The notes below the pieces were generated by a model. That model was not told the DNA's origin and searched no databases. It saw only the letters and a program-made list of their open reading frames with translations. From IMG/VR virus record IMGVR_UViG_3300029886_000031: a stretch of 8,161 nucleotides of DNA; one strand, 5' to 3'. Numbering within the stretch: the stretch's first letter is position 1; every line of letters begins with the position of its first letter. Below, in pieces: positions 1 through 7,436 of this stretch. The DNA comes from a virus. Taxonomy: Duplodnaviria > Heunggongvirae > Uroviricota > Caudoviricetes. The translations under genes were made by a program, and so were the position numbers.

Positions 1-1149
1 CTGAAGCTGTAGCGGAATCCCACGCCGTTATCATCCACCACCACATCGCTGTTGGTGTACGGCCACACCACATCCGACGGGCGGTCCTGAACGAACGTCA
101 GCGTCTGACCGTTCCATACCGGCATACAGCGCATCGCAGAGCAGAAATCACTGAGAACGTCCCACGCCTTACGCTGTTGTGCCAGGTACGCATTAAAGGT
201 CATCCGCGGCTCGGTCCCCCCGAAACCATCCGGGACCGTCTGGTCGCAGTACTGCCCGATGGCATACAGCGCCCACTTGTCCACATCCGCCGCCCCCAGA
301 CGTTTTCCCATGCCGTAGCGCGGGTGAGTCAGCATGTCCCACAGACACCAGGCCGGGTTGTTGCTGTATGCCGGTTTCAGACTGCCGTCCCAGATNNNNN
401 NNNNNACTATACGTGCGTTTTTCCGGGTCATAGTTTGACGGCACCTGGATGATGCGACCGCGGATATGGTAGTTCACCGTCATCTGCTGGCCGCCGAACT
501 GCTCCGCATCCACCTGCAGCCCCACAATGGCCGTGTTCGGGTAGCACTGTTTCACATCGATGATTTCGGTGTATGACGACCACAGCGTCTTATTCTGCAG
601 CTGGTCCGTGGTGCTGTCCGCCGTCTCCCTGACCATCCGGATGTTAAAGGGCCGGGGAGGCAGATTATCCAGAATCACCGAGGCCAGGAACTGTGAGGTG
701 GTCTTGCCGTTAATGGTGACGTCCTTTTCTGTCACCCAGTTACCGTTACGCTGTAACTGAATCAGCAGGCGGACGGATGCCGGGTTACGGTCACCCTTTG
801 AGGTGGTCTCCACCAGTGACTGCACCCCGAAGGTAACCCGCAGGCGGTCAATGTTCGCGGACGTAATGGTGCGCGTCACCGGTTTTGCCTTCGTCACTTC
901 CACGCCCAGTCCGGTTTCAGCTCCGGAGGACTCAAAGCCTTCCGGTGGTGTCTGCTCCTGCTCCCCGGCGCGCCAGACCGCCGTCACACCGTGTATCACG
1001 GGATTGCCGTCCGTGTCCGTCAGTGGGGTTTTGTTCACCAGAATACTCTGCAGTCCCTTCACCGGACCTTCTATCGGTCCCTCACCAATCGCATCAATCA
1101 CGCTCATCATCTCACGAGGCGTGTGTGCCTTACCGCCACCTTTTCCCAT
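1..1149 (-). CDS. J: Host specificity protein J (central tail fibre / tail tip), N-terminal part; C-terminus lies beyond the window start. Apparent frame break at the N-run 396-405 is an assembly artefact.
   Basis: Translation from ATG at 1147-1149 (MGKGGGKAHTPREMMSVIDAIGEGPIEGP...GEQEQTPPEGFESSG...TRTITSANIDRLR...FNIRM...DSTTDQLQNKTLWSSYTEIIDVKQCYPNT) closely resembles the lambda J N-terminus as I recall it. Below the N-run the homology continues in a different frame (my manual translation of 1-395 gives IWDGSLKPAYSNNPAWCLWDMLTHPRYGMGKRLGAADVDKWALY...). SD-like GGGGAAGG on the mRNA (plus coords 1154-1161) 4 nt upstream of ATG. Confidence 0.93.
396..405. other. Assembly gap / ambiguous bases (10 N) inside gene J
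   Basis: Run of N seen directly. J homology continues on both sides but in different frames, so the N length does not equal the true missing length. Confidence 0.95.
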
Positions 1150-1253
1150 ACAGCCTTCCCCTGAATAAATTAACCGCCACTTGCCATTCCGTACAGAAGT
1201 CGGATATCCTTCGCCCGAAAAGCATGAAACACATTTCTGCCATGCTAAAGAGA

Positions 1254-1288
1254 AACCCCGGTATCAGCAGATACCGGGGTTTTCTTTC
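1254..1288. terminator. Hairpin with pyrimidine/T-rich tracts on both sides; candidate bidirectional rho-independent terminator in the I-J spacer
   Basis: Perfect 12-bp inverted repeat AACCCCGGTATC (1254-1265) / GATACCGGGGTT (1270-1281) with 4-nt loop AGCA. Followed on plus strand by TTCTTTC; on minus strand the stem is followed by UCUCUUU. Confidence 0.5.
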
Positions 1289-1354
1289 ATGCCCACCGAT
1301 AATCCTGTTGGTTAAAACCGGTAATGGCATAAAAATTCTGAATATCTTCACATT

Positions 1355-1382
1355 TTCACACACTGACTGTGGCGCTTATAAT
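1355..1382 (+). promoter_or_regulatory. Candidate sigma70 promoter (-35 TTCACA, 16-bp spacer, -10 TATAAT) reading rightwards, opposite to the tail genes
   Basis: TTCACA at 1355-1360 (5/6 match to TTGACA), perfect TATAAT at 1377-1382, AT-rich upstream tract (ATAAAAATTCTGAATATC) that could act as an UP element. Pattern match only. Confidence 0.4.
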
Positions 1383-1388
1383 TTCGCT

Positions 1389-1487
1389 GCGTTAGTGTTT
1401 TTTTGCCCGAGTAACAAAAACAACTCCTTAACATTGATCTTCATTTGTCTGTCCCCGCAGCTCCGCGATCACTGCGGGATTTTTTTA
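1389..1487 (+). ncRNA. Candidate small RNA (about 100 nt) transcribed from the I-J spacer, from the predicted promoter to an intrinsic terminator
   Basis: Predicted start about 7 nt downstream of the -10 (around 1388-1390), 3' end at the terminator U-tract (around 1486). No plausible ORF with an RBS on this strand within the unit. Contains an unstructured A/U-rich stretch with CUCCUUA (1424-1430). Ends are inferred, not measured. Confidence 0.3.
1454..1487 (+). terminator. Rho-independent terminator (plus-strand orientation)
   Basis: GC-rich 7-bp stem CCCGCAG (1454-1460) / CTGCGGG (1472-1478), 11-nt loop, followed by ATTTTTTTAT (1479-1488). On the minus strand the hairpin is preceded, not followed, by the A/T run, so it is unidirectional for plus-strand transcripts. 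Confidence 0.6.
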
Positions 1488-1491
1488 TGTT

Positions 1492-2172
1492 TTATCCCTG
1501 TCGCCCGATAACCACGACCGTTCCGCCCCCGCCTTCATCACGGGTGCTGATGTCCTGGGATATACGGCGGGAGCCAACCAGCATTTCCCCGTAAGGCACC
1601 GGCATCGGGTTCCCCTGGGCAATCATGTTATCCAGCGAGGAAAAGTACGTGTTCTGTCTGCCGTTATCCGTTGCGCGGTAATCCGGTGTTTTTGCCTTCG
1701 GGGCCAGCATCTGGGCCACACCGCCCAGAATCATGCTGGCTCCAAGTGAAAACAGCATCGTGGTGGCAGAAAAACCACCGGCTGCCAGGGCTGAACCCCA
1801 TAACGCCATTGATGCCCCGGCAGTGAAGAAAGAGCCCACGATGGCTGCCGCCCCCAGCACAATCTGCAGTCCACCCTTTCCGGCCCCGGCCAGTCGCGGC
1901 ACAATATGGATGACCGTTCCCTCACCCAGCTGTTCGTGAAGACGGGCGTACACCGCCTCCGGTGCCGTGTCATAACCGGCAATACGTATCTGGTACCAGC
2001 CTTCGTTCATCTGACGGCGAAAGCCCGGCACCTGTAACGACAGCGCCCGGATGGCTTCCGCTGCCGTGTTCACATACAGGCTGAGGCGGCGGCCAAATCG
2101 TTGTAAATCCCCGTGAAGGCAGATGCGTGCCAGTGGCGGTGACGCCAGACAGAATGCGTTCGTCGTTGCCAT
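1492..2172 (-). CDS. I: Tail assembly protein I
   Basis: 226-aa translation (ARICLHGDLQRFGRR...AEAIRAL...WYQIRIAGYD...IHIVPRLAGAGKGG...QIVLGAAAIVGSFFTAGAS...LFSLGASMILGGVAQMLAPKAKTP...NTYFSSLDNMIAQGNPMPVPYGEMLVGSRRISQDISTRDEGGGG) strongly resembles lambda gpI as recalled. Its start lies 103 bp inside the 3' end of K, as in lambda. Confidence 0.93.
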   Translation of the reverse strand: MATTNAFCLASPPLARICLHGDLQRFGRRLSLYVNTAAEAIRALSLQVPGFRRQMNEGWYQIRIAGYDTAPEAVYARLHEQLGEGTVIHIVPRLAGAGKGGLQIVLGAAAIVGSFFTAGASMALWGSALAAGGFSATTMLFSLGASMILGGVAQMLAPKAKTPDYRATDNGRQNTYFSSLDNMIAQGNPMPVPYGEMLVGSRRISQDISTRDEGGGGTVVVIGRQG

Positions 2173-2812
2173 TTTTCGGAATACCTCTCCCGTTTACTCA
2201 GTTGTTCAGGCAGATGGTGAAGCAGCTCACCGTTGCCGCAGTAAATGGCGGCATGGTTCGGTACCGAAGCACCAAAGCAGCACAGCAGAATATCGCCCGC
2301 CTGTGCAGAGGACAGGGGCACCCGGTAAAAGCCGGTGACCGCCATATTGTCCAGGTAAAGGTTCTGACCGTTGCGCCACCAGTCATCCTCGCGATGAAAA
2401 TCCGGCATTTCAGTCCCCGCCAGATGATAAGCATCCCGGAACAGCGTGTAACAGTCCGTCACCCCGTGCTCAAAGCGCGTCCTGTCAGATGTGGCACACA
2501 GCGGAATTTGTGAATGTCACCCCGGCAGACCAGCCACCAGGGCAGTGCGCTTTTTATCTGCAGCCGCCGGTCAGCCTCGCTCAGCCAGGGCAGCCCACCG
2601 GGATGACTGTGGACCAGTGCCACAATCTCCCCCTGCATCTCTGCCCGCAGCCAGTCTTCCGGTGCGATACGAAAATACGCCTCCGGCTCTGCAGAAATAT
2701 TCACACAAGGGATATACCACTCCCCCTCCGACGTGCTTATCACGAAGCCGCACGACTCCGCAGGCGCACACCGCCGGGCATGCGCCAGAATCGCTGATTC
2801 AGTCTGTGTCAT
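2070..2812 (-). pseudogene. K: Tail tip assembly protein K (JAB/MPN-like N-terminal and NlpC/P60-like C-terminal regions), disrupted by an apparent 1-nt deletion; reads as two ORFs (2459-2812 and 2070-2462)
   Basis: N-terminal ORF from ATG at 2810-2812 (MTQTESAILAHARRCAPAESCGFVIS...EIVALVHSHPGG...DIHKFRCVPHLTGR) stops at TGA 2459-2461. The homology continues in the +1 frame (TDCYTLFRDAYHLAG...DFHREDDWWRNGQNLYLDN...LLCCFG...PNHAAIYCG...ELLHHLPEQLSKRERY...AFTGIY) to the stop at 2070-2072. Lambda K as I recall it reads ...HLTGRRFEHGVTDCYTLF... continuously, implying one missing base near 2475-2480. Could be a real inactivating mutation or a sequencing error in a draft assembly. Confidence 0.6.
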
Positions 2813-2822
2813 AAACCGGGAT

Positions 2823-3521
2823 TTACTGCGAAAGTTTATTAATGGAAAGGAAACCGCCAAAATTGCCGACATTCCTGCGCAGTTCACACCCGCGCATGCA
2901 CTTGCTGCATCTGTCCTTACGGATATCCGTGGTGGGGTTGTCGAACTCATCCGCCACCGCAGGACCGTTATACCCGCATTCATCTCCCCGGTAATCCCAC
3001 ATACAGGTGTTCGCCAGCATGATGCGACCGGGAAACAGCGCCCCATCCGTCTCGGTCGGTGTAGCCAGCACAAACGAGGCCGTCATGGCTGTCAGCTGCG
3101 ACATCTGCTCCACCACCCAGCGGTCACTCAGCTCCTGCTCCGGGTCCGCCTCCGGATTGCCCGCAACGAAATTCACCGCATCCAGAAAACGGGCATACAC
3201 CCGGCGGCGGACCACCGTGGCCCCCACCAGACTCTGCAGGTCTTCCGCCATCCCGGTGACCAGACCGAACAGATTGGACACCGTCAGCGACGGTCTGGCA
3301 CTGCTGCCCTTCCCGCTCATCTCAAAACCGCTGCCGTCAATCGGGTATGCCTGATATTGCCGCCCCTGCCAGGTGACCGGCTCCCCTTTTTCATTCAGCT
3401 CATTACAGAAAAAATACCGCTCACCGCCCTGTACCGTCAGGTCGATTTCCCAGAGTACCACCCGCGGTGACTGCTCTGACTTAACCGACTCGTTCAGACT
3501 TTCTTCGCGAATATCCTGCAT
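2823..3521 (-). CDS. L: Minor tail protein L (tail tip assembly)
   Basis: 232-aa translation (MQDIREESLNE...VVLWEIDLT...GGERYFFCNELNEKGEPVTWQGRQYQAYPI...MLANTCMWDYRGDECGYNGPAVADE...CSKCMRGC...NVGNFGGFLSINKLSQ) is highly similar to lambda gpL, including the conserved Cys cluster. ATG at 3519-3521 overlaps the M stop (ATGA). Confidence 0.95.
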   Translation of the reverse strand: MQDIREESLNESVKSEQSPRVVLWEIDLTVQGGERYFFCNELNEKGEPVTWQGRQYQAYPIDGSGFEMSGKGSSARPSLTVSNLFGLVTGMAEDLQSLVGATVVRRRVYARFLDAVNFVAGNPEADPEQELSDRWVVEQMSQLTAMTASFVLATPTETDGALFPGRIMLANTCMWDYRGDECGYNGPAVADEFDNPTTDIRKDRCSKCMRGCELRRNVGNFGGFLSINKLSQ

Positions 3522-3847
3522 CAGTTCACCACCTGCTCAATCGTACAACTGAAATCACTGTGCCTGGCGTTATCTGTGACGCTCCACTCCCGGCACACCA
3601 CCCTCACCGTCAGGTTATGTTTCGGCGGTCGGTAACCACCATGCCACGATAAAAATTCATCCAGCCAGCGCCGGGTTGGTTCATCCGTCACCCGGAACAC
3701 CGCCTGAAACGTCTTCAGTCTGGCATTAAGTCCCGTCGGTCGGCGCTGTTCATAACCGTCACCAAACCGAACCCTCACCACCGACGGTTTCTCACTCACC
3801 TGCATCCCTTCACGCGGGACCAGATGCAGCGTTTTTATCTCAGCCAC
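3521..3847 (-). CDS. M: Minor tail protein M
   Basis: 108-aa translation with VRFGDGYEQR...GLNA...LKT and C-terminal ...EQVVN resembling lambda gpM; position between H and L. Start overlaps the H stop by a few nt. Confidence 0.88.
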   Translation of the reverse strand: MAEIKTLHLVPREGMQVSEKPSVVRVRFGDGYEQRRPTGLNARLKTFQAVFRVTDEPTRRWLDEFLSWHGGYRPPKHNLTVRVVCREWSVTDNARHSDFSCTIEQVVN

Positions 3848-6800
3848 TCAGCATTCCTCCGTCACGTCGCATGGACAGCATCACCGCCTGCACCCGCTGG
3901 TCAATCAGCTGCACAAGACTGCCTGCCGCCTCCGCCCCTATCTGTCCGTTAGCCCCGTCATTCTGAATGGCGATGTGGTAGACCGGGGAATACACCAGAC
4001 CGGCACTGCCGTTCATACTGCCCACCGCGCGTACGCCCAGCGAGCCATCCGCCGCCCGGGTCAGGGGCATAATGGCTTCAGGTCCGGCTTCCCCCATCAG
4101 CCCGGCCCCTTTTGCAAACGCAAAGTACGTGGGCGTGTCCACAATGCTGTTGCTGTACGCACTCAGGTTTGCCGAGGTATACACGCCGCCTTTTGCATTG
4201 GCCACCGCACCGCCCAGCCAGTCACCAATGCTGCCAATAAATCCTCCCGCACCGGACATACCGTTTGCCGCCGTCTTAATTCCGTTGACAATCGCAGCAT
4301 TCATAAGAACTTTTGAGATTTCCTGCAGTACGGATGAGGCCCAGTTGCGCCATTCCACTTTGTTTCCGTTCAGCATCTCCGTGATGTTATTCACCATCCC
4401 TGAGATACCCTCCGTCGCAAGCTGTGCTGCCTGTGAGGCGTAATCGGATGCATTGTCCACCCAGTTACTGAGCCCCTCCTGCAAGCCTTTCTGCCAGTCC
4501 GCACGCTGCGCATCCGATTCGGCATAAAAGGCTGCCTGGTCCTTAAGGCGTTCGCTCAGATACTGCGCGTTCTGTGCCCGTGCCTGTCTGTAAAAATCCT
4601 CACTGATATCCCCGGTCTGATACTGAGACTGAAGGTCCGCATCCTTCTGGCGGAAGCTGTCACGGATCTGCTGCAACTCCCGCATGCGTTCCCTGGCTCG
4701 TTCTCCCTGCCCGTATCCCAGCAGTTCGGCTTCATTTGATGCACGCGCAGCCACATTATCATTCTTCAGGGTCTCTTCCCGGGATCGCAACTGTTCCCGG
4801 ATTTTTTGCTGGTCAATCAGGGCCGCGTTACGCAGCAGTTCCTGCTTCTGCATCTCCGTCAGGGTTTTCAGTTCGCCCTGCGCAGTCTGGTACTTCAGCT
4901 TCGCCAGCTCTGTATTCTGACCCGCCAGTGCCAGTTGCTCTTTCTGCTGCTTCAGTAGCCGGGAAAAACTGTCTTCCGCTTTTTCCGTCTCTGATTTTCC
5001 ACCCCGGGATTTAGGTTTGTTCGCCTCGTTATTACGCCAGGCTTCCAGAGCATTACTGATATAACGCTGTCTCGCCTCCTGATACGAATCCCCCACAAAA
5101 CCAAGGTCATCCGCCGCATACCCCAGCCGGGCACGCTCTTTTTCCTCCCCCTTCAGTCGGGACAGGGCCAGCTCACGTTCTGTTTTTGTCAGGGCGCTCT
5201 GCTGTTTATCATCCAGGGTGGCCTGCGGCAGCCGTAACGGTACATTCACCAGTCCCTGACGCTGCTGAAGCAGTTCATTCCCCAGCCCCAGCAGACGGTT
5301 GAATTCCGTATGCTGACCGTTCATAACCAGCATGGACTGGTACACCTTATTCTGCTCTGCCGCCTGCTGACGAATTAACGCCACACGACGGTCTTCCAGC
5401 CCGGCAAGCACATCCTGAATGGACTGCGCTTTTTCCTGCATCTGTGCCAGACGGGACTGCTCAACGGCAAGCTGCTCTGTNNNNNNNNNNNNNNNNNNNN
5501 NNNNNNNNNNNNNNNNNNNNNNNNNNNNNNNNNNNNNCGGTTGTCCAGCCAGGGTTAGCCAGAACATACTGATATCCAGCGATTTTTTCCTGCAGGGATT
5601 TCACCCGGCTGGCCTGTTCATCAATCAGCCGGTTCTGCTCTGCCAGCGCCGCCCGTGTTCGTCCTTCATTATCTGAGGCTTCAGGCAAAGACATTGACGG
5701 CGTTTTATGCGCGATTTCATCTATCGTCAGTGCATACTGGCGCGCTGACTCCCTGGCCTGCTCCTGATTCTGGTACAGCGTATACCATGCTGCTGCCCCC
5801 AGCATCACCAGTCCGGGTACGCCACCAACCAGTCCCAACGCACCAGTCATCAGACGTGAGCCCACCGCCGTTGTACTGTTCAGCTCATTCTGGGCTGCGG
5901 TTCTGGCAGCAATATTTCTGTTCAGGCGTTCCTGTGTGGCCGCCAGACGGGCTTCTGCAGCAATCTGCATCTCCGTCCCGCGGGCTGCCGCCACAGCCTG
6001 CTGTGCACGGTACACGGCTGCCCTTGCCCGCGCCGTGGCAATCTGCGTCCCCCTGAGCTGTGCTTCCGCCAGTGCCACTTCATTACGTGCTGCCGTCACA
6101 AGTCCTGCCGTGGCAGACACCGCTCCGGAGGCCATATTGCCAAAGTACCGGGCAACCCCGACGGCAACCAGCGCCCCCGCGGCTGTTGCCACATTATCAA
6201 TATTACCGGCAACACCGTTCAGCACGCCGGAGAGCGTTTTCGTCGCTCCGCTGGCTTCATTCGCGCCACCCACCCAGGCCATAAAGGCGTTTTCCACCTT
6301 TGTGATCCCGTCAGAGACCGTTTCCGGCATGGCGGCATATTCATCACGCAATACCCCCAGCTGGCTGATTAACGCAGGAACGACTTTATCCGCCGTCAGT
6401 TTGCCGTCGTCCGCCATCGCCTTAAGGTCTTTACGGGCCACGCCCATACCCGCAGCCAGTGCACGTACGATCCGGTCTCCGCTTTCATTGACCGAATTAA
6501 ATTCCTCACCGCGTAACACACCCTGTGCCAGCGCCTGGCTGAACTGGGTGATCACCGAGCCCGCCTCTGCCGTACTGGCACCGGAGATTTTCAGCCCCGT
6601 GGAAATGGCCTCCGTCACCTTCAGCACATCATCAGCACTGTAACCATATTCACGCATTGAGGCTGCCGAGCGGGCAAACAGGGCCGCATTATCTGAAAAT
6701 GCCGTGCCCGTCCGCTGGCTGATATCCATCAGCACTTTCTGTGATGACGAAAATTCATCGGATGACTGCGACGCCTGTTTCAGTCGGGCATTCACGGAAC

Positions 6801-7074
6801 TCCATTCATCGGCCAGAGAAATCAGGTGTCCGGTGGCAAAGGCACCTGCAAATGCCCCCGCCGTTCCGGCAGCTGAAGCGCGGATTTCCGTCAACTGGCT
6901 GTTCAGCTCAGCCAGGGCGCGTCGCTGCACCCGGGCGACTGCGGCAGCCTGACGCCCGCCATTCTGCAGGGTCCGGTAATATTCACTGCCCATGCGGGAA
7001 GCCCGCTGGATCTCCGACTGGAATGACTGCGAATTTGCCGAAATTTTGATAATCAGTTCACGTAACGTCGCCAT
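3840..7074 (-). CDS. H: Tail tape measure protein (lambda gpH-like), interrupted by assembly gap 5481-5537; the two supplied ORFs (5461-7074, 3840-5567) are one gene
   Basis: Long Ala/Gln/Glu-rich coiled-coil-like translation typical of tape measure proteins. C-terminal segment (...GGFIGSIGDWLGGAVANAKGG...HIAIQNDGANGQIGAEAAGSL...RRDGGMLSG) resembles the lambda H C-terminus as recalled (...NNDGTNGQIGPAAL...MRDGGLFSG). Located between G/T and M. SD GGAGAAAGG upstream of ATG 7072-7074. Confidence 0.93.
5481..5537. other. Assembly gap / ambiguous bases (57 N) inside the tape measure gene
   Basis: Run of N seen directly. Tape measure reading frame differs on the two sides, so the true gap length is unknown. 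Confidence 0.95.
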
Positions 7075-7121
7075 TCACCTTTCTCCGGGCGTAAAAAAAC
7101 CGCCTCAGCGGTTCTCATCAT

Positions 7122-7436
7122 TCATGACTGTGCTGCGAAGCTCAGCGCGTCTTCCAGCGCCGCAAACGGATCCACCTCCGGCTTATCCTCATCCTCGCCC
7201 CAGCAGAGCATGGCGTCCTTCAGTGCAACATTCATCCCCTGTGCCCCAAAAACCGCTTTCACGATCTGTGCATTACGGATATCCCCGCGCTCATCACCCA
7301 GCGGGGATACCCTGTCGAACTCCATCCACATCATCGCCTCGCTCACACTCAGGCTGTGCCGCAGTTCGGATAAGGTGCGCCCCAGACGGAGCGCAAGTCG
7401 CATCAGAAAGCGAATTTCCGGGCGGGCTACTTTTTT
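7122..7436 (-). CDS. T: Tail assembly chaperone T portion, expressed as a G-T fusion by programmed -1 ribosomal frameshift (full fusion product spans 7122-7801)
   Basis: The -1 frame is open from the slippery site to the stop TGA at 7122-7124 (…KKVARPEIRFLMRLALRLGRTLSELRHS...EDEDKPEVDPFAALEDALSFAAQS). Arrangement matches the conserved G/GT paradigm immediately upstream of the tape measure gene. Assignment is by synteny and mechanism, not by strong sequence similarity to lambda gpT. Confidence 0.75.
   Translation of the reverse strand, partial: KKVARPEIRFLMRLALRLGRTLSELRHSLSVSEAMMWMEFDRVSPLGDERGDIRNAQIVKAVFGAQGMNVALKDAMLCWGEDEDKPEVDPFAALEDALSFAAQS

Noticed and set aside
1221-1246. 6-bp inverted repeat AGCATG...CATGCT with 14-nt spacer
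   Set aside because: Short palindrome of a kind expected by chance in AT-rich DNA; no flanking promoter context to suggest an operator.
1130-1363. 77-aa minus-strand ORF in the I-J spacer overlapping the J start
   Set aside because: Reads directly through the 12-bp hairpin, overlaps the J RBS/start in another frame, has no obvious RBS, and I recognise no similarity. Treated as spurious, though a small moron protein cannot be excluded without expression data.
1376-1444. 22-codon minus-strand mini-ORF (MKINVKELFLLLGQKNTNAAKL) just downstream of I, preceded by GGGGA; also a strong SD-like TAAGGAG on the minus strand
   Set aside because: Too short to support from sequence alone. The TAAGGAG is simply the reverse complement of the CUCCUUA motif of the plus-strand candidate sRNA, and the open frame after it is only about 13 codons. 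The plus-strand promoter-terminator unit explains the region better.
885-1511. 208-aa plus-strand ORF spanning the J 5' end and the I-J spacer (also 803-1168)
   Set aside because: Starts antisense inside J and runs through both terminator hairpins and the promoter. The low-complexity Pro/Ser/Arg-rich translation suggests a chance open frame.
2459-3073. 204-aa ORF suggesting K starts at 3073
   Set aside because: The first 87 codons overlap L in another frame and lack K homology. K-like sequence begins at the ATG at 2810-2812, 10 nt after the L stop.
2733-3470. 245-aa plus-strand ORF
   Set aside because: Lies entirely antisense to the homology-supported L and K genes. Arg/His/Pro-rich, low-complexity translation typical of antisense frames in GC-rich coding DNA. 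No convincing RBS.
5936-6643. 235-aa plus-strand ORF (Ala/Ser/Pro-rich)
   Set aside because: Antisense to the tape measure gene; composition mirrors the Ala/Gln-rich sense strand. No independent support.
3840-7074. Interpretation of the tape measure region as two separate genes (5461-7074 and 3840-5567)
   Set aside because: The split coincides exactly with the 57-N assembly gap and both parts have tape-measure character, so it is one gene with an unsequenced segment.
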